A stretch of DNA of 64,000 nucleotides from an uncultured Lachnospiraceae bacterium (GTDB lineage Bacteria > Bacillota > Clostridia > Christensenellales > UBA1242). This document shows, one piece after another, positions 33,501 through 35,771 of the stretch. The position numbers and the translations under genes are program-made. Where the stretch lies: positions 1,256 to 65,255 of the forward strand of contig CAZYDU010000004.1 of assembly GCA_964646345.1 (NCBI GenBank). Direction: 5' to 3'. The stretch's first letter is position 1, and each line of letters opens with the position of its first letter. The notes beneath the pieces were generated by a model. It saw only the letters and a program-made list of their open reading frames with translations, was not told the DNA's origin and did no database searches.

Positions 33501-35353
33501 AGGGAAGTTTCTTCGTCATATTTTGAAGCAAGAATATTTGCACCAGTTAAATCCATGCAGTTATAAGTAAAGTATACTTTTGCTGCAGTCACACGGTTAC
33601 CAGCAGAGTCATAAACAACATCTTCATTGATATACATTGACTCACGTGAAACTTCGTCTTTTAAAAATTGCACTTGATTTGATGACAAATAATAAGTTTT
33701 GCCATACATAACAACAATCTTTGCAATCAAATTCTTTTGATTTACAACACGGTTTTGCAATACTTTTATGCTTGATTGTGTGTTAAAATGATTGCTTGTT
33801 AATGGGGTCATGTAGTCGCCATAAAAACGATAAACATCATTAAATGAACCAGCAACATTATCAACAGTTTTTGAGAATTTTACATAATAACCAAATTTGA
33901 GATTTTCAAAGTTAAAACTTTTGCTAACTTCGCCTGAACTGCCTGAAACTGGGTCATTATTTGCATCATATAATTGCCATTTTACTCCAGACAATTCTGA
34001 GTTTCCATTAGATAAAATTAGGTCAGCATCAAACAAAGAACCTGCAAGAGAAAAGTTGTTAACCTTTACAAAGTTAGCATAAAATTTTGTGTTATTGTAA
34101 CTTCTTGAAGATGCAACATAAAGTGTGCCGGTTCTGCCATTTACATATTCAAAGAAATTGTTTGATTTGCTTAATTTTTCAATAACTTCAGCATTATTGT
34201 TATTTAAGTTTGTGTAAGTGTTGCTTACAGTTCCAGTCTTGCTACCAAAAATACAAGTATAGCCAGCTGAATAATCTTCAAACATATAAGGAATGTTATT
34301 ATAGTTGTTGTAAAGGTCAGTCGAACTAAAACAGCCACTAACATTCAAAGCAAGCGAGTTTTGTGATTTTACAGCATTTGACCAAGATTGGAAAGCATAA
34401 TTAGATGCAATAGCTGAACTTGTAAATATTCTTTCAACAGACACAACTTTGCCAGTAGGGAAATAGCCTGTGCATTGAGTTACATTTGTTGCACCTGTGC
34501 TAACTGATGTTGTTGATGTAACGTTATAAAAATAATCATTGCCAGAGCTTAGTCTATATCCATCATTGTTTTTATCAGCATTAACATTTAGGTAACCAAA
34601 ACCATCATCAACGCCATTTTGCGTGCTAACTTCAAATGTCATTTTGTTTGCACCAAAATAAACTGTTGATGAAGTTAAAGATTCGCCACGACCAACTGTT
34701 GTTGTTTCTTGTTTTTGGTATGAGTAATCAACTTGTGAACCCACTGTTATACTAGGATTTGTTGGCACTGCTTTAACAGTCATGCTTCTTGTGGTTGCAC
34801 CATTGTTAAGTCTTGGATTGAAACGAAGATACTTATCGACACCAACACCTGTTTGGTAATCGCCATTAGTATCTTTATAACAAATCGAAACAAAAGAACT
34901 AGCATCTTTCCAAGTTCCACCATTTTTTGTGCGGTATAGGAAGGTTAATGAGCTAGTAGTATGAATTTGATAAGATGTTCCATCATAGGTAAAGATATAG
35001 TCAGGATAAATTCCTGAGCCAGGGTCTTTTGAACCATCTTTATCTTCAGCCCTATGGAGTGCATCATATAATTCCGTATCATCGCTGATATCATAGGAAG
35101 TCTTATAATACTTCATTTCAACATAAAACGAGCCAGTTGTTTTACTGACTTTGCCGTCTGATGTTGTTTCATAAAAATCGAGCACTGGAGTTTCTAGTCT
35201 TACATTTCCATAAGAGTCAAATCCCGTGTTTGCATTTTCTTCGTCAGCACATGCAACCAAAAAGATTGATGCAACTGAAATAAAAATTGCAAAAAAGCTC
35301 ATTAAAATTTTTGAAAAAATACTTCTTTTTCCGTTCTTTTGTGATGTTTTCAT
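3587..35353 (-). CDS. Giant surface lipoprotein of about 10,588 aa; Y/N/S/T-rich beta-type ectodomain with Flg_new-like motifs; C-terminal TM hairpin
   Basis: One open frame of 31.8 kb, while no other frame in this interval exceeds 97 codons. The SD AAGGTGG lies 5-6 nt before the ATG at 35353. The signal peptide ends in the lipobox L-V-A-C. No family-level identification was possible beyond the motifs. Confidence 0.9.
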   Translation of the reverse strand: MKTSQKNGKRSIFSKILMSFFAIFISVASIFLVACADEENANTGFDSYGNVRLETPVLDFYETTSDGKVSKTTGSFYVEMKYYKTSYDISDDTELYDALHRAEDKDGSKDPGSGIYPDYIFTYDGTSYQIHTTSSLTFLYRTKNGGTWKDASSFVSICYKDTNGDYQTGVGVDKYLRFNPRLNNGATTRSMTVKAVPTNPSITVGSQVDYSYQKQETTTVGRGESLTSSTVYFGANKMTFEVSTQNGVDDGFGYLNVNADKNNDGYRLSSGNDYFYNVTSTTSVSTGATNVTQCTGYFPTGKVVSVERIFTSSAIASNYAFQSWSNAVKSQNSLALNVSGCFSSTDLYNNYNNIPYMFEDYSAGYTCIFGSKTGTVSNTYTNLNNNNAEVIEKLSKSNNFFEYVNGRTGTLYVASSRSYNNTKFYANFVKVNNFSLAGSLFDADLILSNGNSELSGVKWQLYDANNDPVSGSSGEVSKSFNFENLKFGYYVKFSKTVDNVAGSFNDVYRFYGDYMTPLTSNHFNTQSSIKVLQNRVVNQKNLIAKIVVMYGKTYYLSSNQVQFLKDEVSRESMYINEDVVYDSAGNRVTAAKVYFTYNCMDLTGANILASKYDEETSLNISVKVFDGSNVIDPSEYGSNGISYEVIKSVTSTVDALGCVKTTVYVSVVMPSDTLLDKYNVITDNETFAPAVYSNSNSPNNTILKYVQTVDGKIVSEYYFLNESKIESGISSSNDKSYFKYDGEEYIYYYQKLDTSSENKVYYMYQSTSSNNMICYDGSTYTLLKLERIKDQHNIEIQAAGTRIGDSTKPELLEKYVKDLTDSEIEAIKNSESCLVYNGFAYFMSPHGINTSFMDFYYFSNDDYTTTGNYKLELAESYEDHTESSGTTISKYFHEVILDKKSSYLQTFVQDTPYFNPTTNTLFGKTGSAGMSISSVEKINDYTFGLTIDKSFKLEEAIDEYTISNDVLNKTATRFQITNYDEDFGNDISKYDDGIYKFSYHDDYYYYYKGKVYSTVNENTDKSGWNVVWNGERGDKNNSSLFFSVDVGISADYSNVIITRYRTTINGISYYITGSYDTNKDEAVYNKLSITSKFSSDDEVDYLKIGFKKMSSCDFSTGKVKMVRYKLEDVNLYVNPVKNNIYTNVKCTKAWSYDDTFLISINDDLTGSLKLSNKFTTRIRIDMYQTLIGRYYQESNTFDQIYYSLERYASDASISDLKTYGPASKNEAKTKLASQTISFYITDKTLTLYNEDGSQYKGAHYEISTDASGKITISFGNSLDGTKVTSVADMTSVADMESTSVSEYIIYPYIENRYEKSIMKENFMYATKDSSVQKLIIHDSVKAYEIYLKYFTTSVTSVAFEAYSSDMRLDAMMFNDNFFYAKKIVSGVTNDGGLTFSTDSNSYELFFDYAYGADYQVADKYFESNNSNLISPAESSYHIYFSSTNPAIIFTTPDNKTASIHYAYVDAITNAKYKTSEDGLVANTTILKVENEYFAGYGLSSISQQTNGYFMIESGVYVKEIANGMLDAYQDAECTTSYSDYKYYCYDSVVYKYKNDLDNIKNVYKCSTDTIPADSSCTCGNKNSHKHFKTTFTEGVKINQIEVIKGLDECATTNTESKCYVYYGIGSYTNSGVKHFFSTKPVARKETVKYDEENSKTKIIMYYPISNFSSLVGNSIFSGKQIQDYATADSSVKTKLQTFYENFGASLDVSSYYYVEELGEAKNMLVVQEYESNTNGQMVTLKTSYVHNISSSTEQEFEANYVQTRSSYSYVTKYLSDSNKVIDDISNLGDGTDGIDNSTKLINKYIFGSSGDTSVPNTNRTLSIVDSRNKIAKFEFNSKTYYFSYADSDRCQLFTNPDLTTLPSMPLYITIIEYVGSNPKKIVLNYTSFSQGFSGSQSLYRTDINESFDLQITNAESTASGERKFTLVTNITDSESKRASDNIVYKTSDGKTFYNYPITYKATSGTAAASKTEYKILTKYSLYTCYASTTTNSPEPSAVSLYVLPNGKTGDEADGICYIEESSETNDGQEIHNLVPLLNTLGENITYKELFGDVNSSSFINIPYAYGYYQDKTPIYFYNGKYYIKQIDESGNDKFYFYAHEESSSLSYSGYSSGTIDEKYLIDDNSIDMDYVFRYNGNYYFCDANTGLCYIKGSLPDAYNSGSYKFVPYSKVTSGSSTYFYDASTRKVFTRDESDSTKKGYLFATISSETIEKATIYNDNLSIIASDLQVIPYAEDKLTACIFFYDKLNYSLHKTISHSGTAFSYGNAVSEFTYTYYSSTNKFEFRPAVSYYVFSSYMMTETYEIEGVDDKKNEQKGLSINCYPYFTLDVNGLYRSIISGKIERKKNTKYYVKATYNYSDGKYVAYKKTSSSTNWELLVYDRDYATGKYKEYYSFAYVTLDDKGYITSPSTITKDTLSGASGSIREKFIEVEVKNSSNVVYAGNTSRYVKLNDPATFEFISVLGEFSHDDISGEVVSSNTFSSFISINKMKITGLTQSDSTSSSYTSYKYLEDSNTYYDIDYTSGSSVIKGFPGVTLIDGLPYVNPIFAFEVYHTQGTPAKVELVLGFNNGYYVEIMNGFVSHDSNGTTSAQSYTDFSAVTFKAMLANLDDCEFDNMFYVVNRHTYKTVSGYKKYLNANPSTHTTFSKYYYSTDTNKDSDCYMLIEEYLGLSETQKSYYQGYIKSGSGFYKAYSSILKISECALNDGDENIYCSDSYSISMVNGVEHKIYSDNIYTIENNNFVALTTSNAAIWESSVLEIKDAPYYDIHTYVQDETTGQIILTSDNIGEYDNTICEGLTNLDTTVMSNSSNVDFSNVVVSGLTTAYKVPYDKIDTSSSNNYQGYTLESAIEIYNPDFDQGKDVYLEAGVDAVVLFANPLIDFEGELFYRFKEWRVYTRENADYVVYNPGVTENLLDRQNAILRFKSEVSGYYIILPVYEKLYSISIGMITDSGTPNIGGSVNITSSNQSSSIYENAYQEDLFTLQYTKEGYTVSDSDAYLLFTGQMIGDSPVFAKFGLASDYQTNSSAISFVLLRKSAYSFEVGVYKGDVLTATIPISFSVELESGVPMVVDATSMSKTGTAPEYTLLIANTDVAGKQIVYNSYNFKQVSSYITGKSVTTGSSVTFPVNGYYYVPGITDSEDARIVDLLYHVGTAKYVSKTKKNKTVTSTKTYYVLNDDCYFISNLTSKLSSMLTDVNRFAKVIRTKFNFTVTNDDIVSGNSDRYYNPDNNLTSGELYINENGEVNPSIEYKTTYYDRDDTLVFTAVPSSGYRLEGWYLAKYDENYGWVVSDKKVNEEYETNYSDEIIKTEFEPSNTIVKTFTFDTVGYYPNGDEYVRSYSITNQYFDEFKVRFSNNGKIVASSLKSSYVSLYANIGLSRTSPKFVRVYMKGGDKTDLYFDEDFRSPVKVSNFASASKNASIESLWDSYYIGYMNNYDAINVSYTFDQNKVSEEWTIVGTGKRISTKTTYTYNGEQVYAVFVYNNSTLKYDVTYYRSTKLSNFQIDYNQPNILTVQNLHTNMRVVAKFIEIFQAYVLAEDEQDSGISVEAIYYYNDDPDKTEIRTDLAGKVKTDDALYNNKVNNNYLGGRNDSTGKNTYCFVINDTKEEKDEISLFNTYHDESKKGETGFDANGYSTNGLDYFHYFYDEESIANFEALSKISYTKKTGTVNNNKNYNLNTSGSGSFERNTYAMYATDKNKLSLKNYYFDIGTTIFVLVKLKKGNELTVHSLGLDTRYELNFVVQPNNELVNECTNEDVKYLYYVLKVTFDNDLEQTEGVTTTMGNENSEYVLHPDKARLVSSQIISGSNLSFYDSIFDISAAYTGSETVTLDIAKNNYVKFMGKHGSFDVKLSFEKNTSVTYKNAFALSKTMAEIVFYNYYLNGDIDDILSSGSTVYGKTYTYNGKTFKFSSKDDVTTDEALDEIRRYFIFMFNNLYTNCTSSNKQKNLVTMFSNLASRLKNFFNNNSAYKLEKTPGLYDLNYYMTIDGSVYVNDKLIDGLLNLTYNRKKLKDYLGLTESDVSILYTLENNAFVSLGDFISQMNQIIFATTGNSSVFTLRYVLYSKSYYEVYKKSLKSTISYNDYIKSTSNRMKSISELYILSIKRLTMYDIDKDKLPSASAINVSTSFFENYGASKDEIVIASKVFNYNMPKNSGTRNYINLSSIKIYTVSVSTSILDTFSTSNLVNDKSSDIFITDGSTTENFAYNPYYILDDTIHVSGGVKTSFADYNYIGSAESKNIASDPMIYIDGYEKKQQFELQYSQGYNGNFDTKRLYAESLDVAGELNYASYGDMLFAENTLVLWGGLKTYYTGSTENFDYISSYDNVMLKRTTKTNRDKEGEEDGQLSKYTPSESYFKINNGDYVVICHSKDSSDETKSVYYIYTEDYRTVYIGSPKTADASLQYIDEFNITGAYTFAGWYCQTYNEENGVWSEMECLTTELYRPFVTATEADMNIVAMFVALTEFSFSYDKTKFEASFRDPLDSRNEKFVEKESENSYEKVNLGNVWVSEDSSLYYLLGADGKYTKYSYLASDWDSGKWNNEAKELYKYNENIITISGWFYYSSAPVLFISPVGGYRFNDTFSVKINDNLAKNFTFNSSLQYYQTQTNNPAEEVSFKDWSMTSASYIKFPLLRLSLDDAEKDGTNAKACISCSVNLTAKEVIFTEFVISNLKRTDGGTTVDDSVFVLFSVKTDGTLDKVFFISDYKEEDGVITSSLKEDYVKSDVDDDGFYLKDYFSLNRDIAHNEIYYSVNSNCTVYGYFDESYNGRLVGAIIYKTNNGVDDKKFANWKTNLAVTNTACTSMISPSTATENNMYMNVIKSLLNYETKLDDDNLAYDEENLEAFIGINYYTVPNSITGASDINNNCLLSEDNKAIYHTVGRDSYSMVSIKNEFVELGDDKKLTVESDDDNSMVVPIDLVYYTNYYQYDSDTVIAKNGIIYYNYDNLMNASAGNPGVREYNNHYGDTEYSKTISYKFKSSDARSGSYVQLAIQIQDQYKVVYNRENSSYYQFVGFYLLFDEEETLLTSNMYHEFKGAVPGGTVIARYVKVLPITISINSGGSFSLSSAVDTSYLDDDLMFGSDDDFGEAYDQFKTIKHTNIVSTFTPGGTFEVPTDTSTNMNYVMYNSLVKIVVYEGVGYKLSFAGYRLDREIASVNVAYGSAYDANKTYYKSGGQKFVYANDYSTYFDDNGKYKGSTGQLYYYPAPDYTEFGEADTSATIGTPSIKLDFGQSNDVLITKYNDAMCFSYEFEVAYNVTLKQYSLSSLSESAVASYYTDFAYSRITEEELTIDQLNALTSEDFEYNAENIALMTAKVSQQKSFYIYYFSKGNQSLVGIFQNGEQVAESSDFETSTITISGETYTVYKLYYEDVQPLLPGDVSLEIRFTTSGKLVTIIDGMTASEYSGSNGGTNANEKSVFEVDEEKSKYTKHEKIDSTWYYTLGTETSTGGALRLAENSLSTNEVDINSGSIIDYNIQVKKSGSKYSFVYYYYNKKCKVTEAGAGPEGKGGTWYSFEYEGITYYYLHGSSMTSIDNIAFTEKNVYSTEFSRRVSWHTKQTNIQDDTNCIYVQQVISSSSDATISISSDMVANADIDLNGSTVVKIYAFFSEVITVRVYKSLSEQDIHADDYSYYLQSDETKAKFISLFDAKIQYKSSLSDVSYQTAYIYAEHIDTTNNLYYTDVTIAKGTNVYIIPYIDPSVSNRYMSTESVLVYATQNLSLQARYLEIDNEGRFVISSSFIANQLDNTGNISLQLNYHSSYTTTIERTLEGEIGNDVINIGGVTTPTDLLKLVEVKSTLNYNTIGEDNSKVNYTDTHYLSYYDLSTENNISSTLKNRTFYHSTDRLTTTQPLHRIEQYTSQVLSTCVSEKAKDYNLGIVFYGWYLNGYLYSTDQTIKVNVEDIATGSSDGVNGFVLIYNSDTNTVIGIQSLHRSTTSGDSAYYTFSYGGETKSISRNAVLENITGELNGTISGANYVYIPSDNMKFSASYGFYTEVTYDTTPQSTYYYDAVQDKSTPLVSSIISGNLLQYSLMKNGAYSDLSQLYSKEDLKALLGYAVDGNGVINLNSLANGYKISNTLNSYTIEDNDFSNPEIALYARSGTNLYLTAGHTLGFNFVSFTYKLTTLSMEIEGNSLTMVKKVIDVERSTVQLTDNADISFLEIPSDVIVTNIVVIANFERIYDINTVVTTYDDYKYNSSGASSTNGGDVTIKAFRSTSPSTLNDGTFFSNTYDCLKLTISPNSNYTTTGVFINGVYLSVANCGYDTYGFSGTLNINLRYLLEETNAFDFTESGKKYEAFENNITIEVKFSKKVKIYVRAAVNDISDVDILHDKYGITKTNKKIDIQFTLKNIYTNLTYSSSSRIKLEAGSKYNENMKYYTNLYSTTQYTFKEDDWEAVVYGDGTKHYFLKSTKTLYYESETVNSSKSNTMTESIWNRSSGQLYTYFTVPYGTEVTLKVTNEKTTISGNENIYFSGWYIYDSANYATNTSVVSYASEFTLLAARDGNYSGYTSVIDLVAKYSSYKSNPTVTTEYKAELVGNGTTDSLTVSTLNVTNNILSYDGNRYAFTGWWLRVNDNKTTPRYLLVSNEYSDYDSVDAYNKLKKLNTNTLVARFVMIKTITIELPNTTDETNRNEAISSGSVFGYTFSGFDYVKDKADNTHDRKTFISVISTDKVQIKMDVLVGTYFLTSSSKAMVLTPQDGFYYTIKSNVATNGKHYPYMDEETANNFTFNSSNSFQATNSETNDRLSTTISYTKTKDVYIESIKKAGKQYDFNSRFNILAAVDNYHIFSLITTTVLADGTGLGSLTSNTTNGGTITYGRVTNTGGSAYSGQTYLFNSTYSVFECKANYYSGYTFVGYYVNGIYQEGSYGCANPSTTTGKTFKINLNYNTDVVIEARFVQNVTVTVNMKDNGSTTTNESLSFNVEVSNNYATTTFTTNPNSYSATTNIEGVDAKTSNGNFTITVPYGTKLDFNANLVNTRWYMSDIKSVNLMSDEKEVSLYATKNLTLVANFKDASSYNDGTSNVLKVRYNGINTSYVESPFDGTPLSKEYNNKNYLFLGWFRYLGDVYYLVSNEPGASGIPTDKGTYYALYVEYCTFDISYTEMSSIYVNGKVTMSNYYVQQQVNNSILGAKFASLANNTIRVTTLASSKFTINELGARNDFKFLDRVSNVESSDPVVKDTTYSVNSSQSITLSTNLNQVYTYYLKFGQANVNSGNYYDNINQENPSPDDSVNITVRDQENALQVTVKPFNVEKFNSKDVSSIITVISSDLMLTNSMSNQKYVSEIQYKTLNAVEYYYYNGYYYKTLTTYAGNLESSVSVSPDQAKVLSADGLTCYKFSDKCTTASILNELKNKPMMYGVIGKYFSKYTQLTVSLSAEYQTDSFKGFMVSYNENEISNEIYYVEDVGYSFTFTVMSDVYIYAMFGETNKLNGDGSQDMSSGDDYSATYPYSVSLTFEASENKYIRRIQQGSVIDLQYNLNQNLDDSSRFTKSLSGSTLDITSFTIDFSNSKYETDSFGQRYYTKLTIKFNTSDENLKNKSNFTLTENDITILHIEVTENDQSIAGKDGSSLTMFYPAQHLFESAGTTFSKNDSKYYVTNSRIIAYMLSYAQIVYIDNSVVKFRSKAIDPKINDYNFSQTLVVKGSTFDFVDGFRSNTIYSESGVNAKDTKIDGEFSSTTGWNGENIAYVYQSNLNDTVQNNLTYNYKTNGYIRIYVHPEYYNPATGNYDAELTGSIMSSGLTDIDFVKNAFTSVSNGVSISNPTLDNSEYRTIGAGGSSYGVYYFDIEYQFALPLSLVFNSGYLSLDYYCYYNGNGTVTRFENNKYTIDVDGRNTEVPGVTLGTNDSSLSISYWEYLKLVDANEAGLAVNIDGANRQIVEIHCVAKENIKQTTMEFEYVDASVELDVSIGSTIYRIPSGEGETNIVWNAPGGLTKTKTYTLTESGSSERDADSIIISVTSYKENDKYYLEFIYGQDLISQQARFNIKLNDFSVKNKYSISEEADKLYLYENSSNNYSLNFIGVYCENVTQIVNYEKQASGAIVSWILGGDFANGNIVKLATEKYYKIIYSTNRMYTTGDAEAYKTAFTLSTDSKTLSFGAERYAYMYVRDGEVVTIKYSIISGIASPVLYEKSNVTNVQMNTSANGYQSSLYKYLTLRTCLNVAPRSATLTSTVQMSKLSESLFITKNDGDRNKISYTFIPKANSAYLANFAGEDTETDRVLFVLIAPSNSTAFDEDNNYFTINSYSGSYYKVYIKVLNIDDYVTIEQFNQSTNEYYSGYEFYEQNGYLFTEEGTQNYPSDVFKVSDLTNNTKFNFYAYEINGKHPVQYVLMVKSQEREKTIEFENKKQTTVSEIGIKDIDYIYKSDIYTVVDDDADEAGVTYYYLDKLGNFTNDEGKKVESSPKFKKTTNKTVHALTFVYNTKMYYFVDGKIYLENTKVKVNSDGSQTEDKKGEFLDENYKNLEKVFDPRSIGMYFDVNYSNNSVTIYYLNYKNSSYYTKNGVLYDSTGNSVDDNISSTMFTENGPYIILSNGKVLENFTLDSVTKYQTFYLKDSLEYEEEYNNLVSLKNASLKNSDLVSKALYELRLSDLTNSYVEKKIKRQIMIYGNEDAILERDESDSSYMFNTSFVEGATGEADNISITYEETVTLSTSLSYYKLNSSGVKYYVNNGRLYTDYNDASTECGYIVYQKIVNKFKFNGEYQTETLTNTDSSFNASTGLTYDITPTQEKSLPTHTKVYSVYGNLYTNLAGTIKYNSSEYTLSNLALAIKSGSTYYVYNSSKYTNGSESIDEFDYVEIDGTQYMIGSDYNLYSTFPFTSSSRVQTLSDDADMFGSKTIFTENEFKTKKFYSYYVYPTYITYSGNRYSFYSDNNLTSDNYVIYRNNSSYIRLNISISKSGGTRQTVFEVYNSNSSGAQDTKITTNYELATKYRVKANYFRTSDNGSNSVIKVYSSITYKKQKYVYESINISSGSCYASYKQVADSDKKIYLHIDYENNVTTLYENVNITTGTPVFSGEIKSSSCLMENVSYVIRDTSSLSNSTNQMTKTVTSMKGEVYENKSNTNYQTYSELTTLSTSAKITGLGAKMYSGYYIKGFMIVSDFDSYCSTYLDYIMVNGAKVYNGLQGVEYYSKYNMAKFIPVDYCNLGDKIRFTTVGRVYNYMYYDIEIPITGNFNIYAIYAPVVYTIEITRVDISNLDNMNDVTINLWDQSGGKQGLHSQIFETEQAKDSSSSGSVKGPMLVEHNSSALIKARAQLGTSYLGYSLGIEKENQMTAIKTAVTTEIIEDKLSANYQEIEKALKGQTNSADASKYFSGDLNVIGKSETYAKFNKNLTHFMKQSNSTSSKNSIRVTGNGSSMKVSFPEDNNTSTNNMIFTKITNNLGLYVFFNALSYELTLEIAETEMGYYQDDNGGNNDSYLAYTNITSNPASNIIGTVAHKMYTQDFTSVSKDSFFRYDTDNSQSTSAIEYHVQGNGADYYKFKYVDSTDKLVYTLFDNYGTIITNKYEIGEYTTPVTYATPTPIMKSTIDFNLSEEAGFLVYNKNANGAYYVPSLARRSIQSFSGQTTEETQGNVKFTYYEDDYGIWVVQDFYYYVIESKDNEGVKKDSLSELNVSNKKNSEANQESRSYAYLVIPYNDNDSKNYVEYTGSYLDNGMNKAVYSFDGENYYANYYSTKNQISGNDKYVYCLNYENIRSGALITKNSDDHTCILKKLEASEIKFANGFAYVEYNQKQYAVCSGLVRYYNKEGKHIEGSTGFDTSLDAYELSTVQSIINGTYENPEAVDIYTDYMSVVVFESDIDQTAKDHGTYNITSRNVAKNVLQASNYLVAEGITGEHYKLAQNLFTITIDGYVIDSGDFSTSSNVISAVLQNSTDQKKTFVSSMAVESKQTTRGTVTSIKLTLKIYYEDGSLPGVSINKGVVTTSGSEFNVQGLVAVGIYADYEYNKKSGDVIYKPSTPEELLGTKYDYNIGSQMDSYYIAENGQVGGYFTNALSYAYNINNGNNFKLPNMNVNVTLIYGAVYKSIDASINVITETLTSEDGGKDADNNDSTISLFSKTGTAIGNSEDGIYSTTNLNKLYTRVLQKNAKNSDADKMYEVPHTYYSFIYKYYDIYVISDAYLILTILNDIVNLGQKGTGKNSDRVTATLYYSYIMEFNPVAYENNIEIEYLFSDEYGECTNSFLKKYCTYETFYSFLTGAIKRSKIDNEKKEMYLARLPVSTNTTDKFMKVRRIDVATIAQNQVSSNFTQNHFAQTDLVLAVYEQKEKYQAQKFVAGKVGVIAAASNAVASAGNWFKEGIKGFCNGDWFKGFKRENFKSDVGIKQDAYGLNAYTYYNIAKIDFSSVSDGSTIRGKSGSVGNALSFQSDGWSDDLKKKIQDFSDELEKGEMAALLSTFFLLSDQRGNENYFATCISSHCLTEAEFYGSTNSTKLKNINVKVTISESDEYESLNRLTTYIFELNPVDYKTKHDAVMEIVAWIGIALGAAALIVSQVTPIGWVADIAIGVAASATAISAASTIEWISSDVTKFFNKEANKTKRLQERADLYKDTFQLKSLNDDNPDVKYVYVNRAPLESVLLIMWACLEMF
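3800..3928 (-). other. Two adjacent predicted TM helices near the C-terminus of the giant protein
   Basis: Translation gives IVAWIGIALGAAALIVSQV - TP - IGWVADIAIGVAASATAISAAS, followed by a 70-aa charged tail ending in a hydrophobic LLIMWACLEMF. Confidence 0.65.
14159..26689 (-). other. Part of the giant gene carrying dispersed Listeria-Bacteroides repeat (Flg_new)-like motifs
   Basis: Motif hits: YLFLGWFRYLG 14159-14191, GYTFVGYYVNG 14771-14803, YAFTGWWLR 15641-15667, YFSGWYIYD 15920-15946, FYGWYLN 17699-17719, QFVGFYLLF 20288-20326, YTFAGWYCQ 22088-22114, GYRLEGWY 25523-25546, FKEWRVY 26669-26689. Several are followed by a terminal strand of the form x-V/I-A-K/R/N-F/Y, for example NIVAMFVAL and VVIEARFVQ. 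Confidence 0.55.
31469..31504 (-). repeat. Perfect in-frame 18-bp tandem duplication inside the giant gene
   Basis: catatctgcaacacttgt occurs twice in tandem (31469-31486 and 31487-31504) and encodes TSVADM-TSVADM. Confidence 0.95.
35249..35353 (-). other. Lipoprotein signal peptide of the giant protein
   Basis: MKTSQKNGKRSIFSKILMSFFAIFISVASIFLVAC has a basic n-region, a hydrophobic h-region and the lipobox LVA-C, followed by an acidic ADEEN. Confidence 0.75.
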
Positions 35354-35412
35354 TTTTCCACCTTTTCTTAGTTTGTTTTTTTTCGCTAATATTATTAATA
35401 TTATACATAAGT

Positions 35413-35440
35413 ATTCTAACAAAATATTGAATTTTTTCAA
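35413..35440 (-). promoter_or_regulatory. Candidate sigma-A-type promoter for the giant gene
   Basis: On the minus strand: TTGAAA (35440-35435), 16-nt spacer ending in TGt, then TAGAAT (35418-35413), about 55 nt upstream of the ATG at 35353. A+T-rich DNA produces such matches by chance. Confidence 0.3.
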
Positions 35441-35641
35441 AGCAAAAATGTACCAAAAAACGGCAAAAAAATTTATTGGTTATTAAATAAAAATAAACAC
35501 TTGTAACATTTTTTTTGTTATAAAATAGAAACTATCCGCATATTTTGTTGAATTATGTGGATTTTAGTTCTTCAAAAGCTTCAAATGTTGTAATTTATAC
35601 ATAACAAATTGAAAAATATTTAAAAAATTTTTTTGGTTAAT

Positions 35642-35670
35642 TTGACCATATTTTATAAATTTTATAAAAT
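35642..35670 (+). promoter_or_regulatory. Candidate sigma-A-type promoter for the sigma-like regulator gene
   Basis: TTGACC (35642-35647), 17-nt spacer, TAAAAT (35665-35670). The spacer contains a tandem ttttataaa duplication. Confidence 0.4.
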
Positions 35671-35720
35671 TATGTCATAGACGGAATCTAAAACTATATT
35701 AGTGTGATTAAAATGAAATT

Positions 35721-35750
35721 GCAAGTTAAAATTACAGCTATGCAACTTGC
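35721..35750 (+). promoter_or_regulatory. Inverted repeat in the 5' leader of the regulator gene (possible operator or RNA hairpin)
   Basis: GCAAGTT (35721-35727) and AACTTGC (35744-35750) are perfect 7-bp arms separated by 16 nt, about 20 nt before the SD AAAGGAGAA. Confidence 0.3.
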
Positions 35751-35771
35751 ATATTTTCAAAGGAGAATATT

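Noticed and set aside
3587-35353. The giant ORF as an NRPS/PKS megasynthase
   Set aside because: It has a lipoprotein signal peptide and a Y/N/S/T-rich beta-type composition. On reading through it I saw no condensation (HHxxxDG), adenylation, ketosynthase or carrier-protein (DSL/GxDS) signatures.
35376-35383. A T8/A8 homopolymer upstream of the giant gene as a phase-variation switch
   Set aside because: It lies between the putative -10 and the SD, not in the -35/-10 spacer or in coding sequence. Tracts of this length are common throughout this A+T-rich window.
35354-35440. A 29-codon N-terminal extension of the giant ORF (track start at 35440, MKKFNILLEYLC...)
   Set aside because: The ATG at 35440 has no SD. 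The ATG at 35353 has AAGGTGG at ideal spacing and is followed directly by a canonical lipoprotein signal peptide. A promoter-like element lies inside the extension.
3672-35486. Dozens of 60-97-aa ORFs on the plus strand or in other minus frames inside the giant gene (for example 3672-3959, 14983-15258, 25345-25638)
   Set aside because: They are shadow ORFs fully contained in a 31.8-kb open frame. They are short, have no SDs that I could see, and have low-complexity compositions mirroring the codon bias of the real gene.
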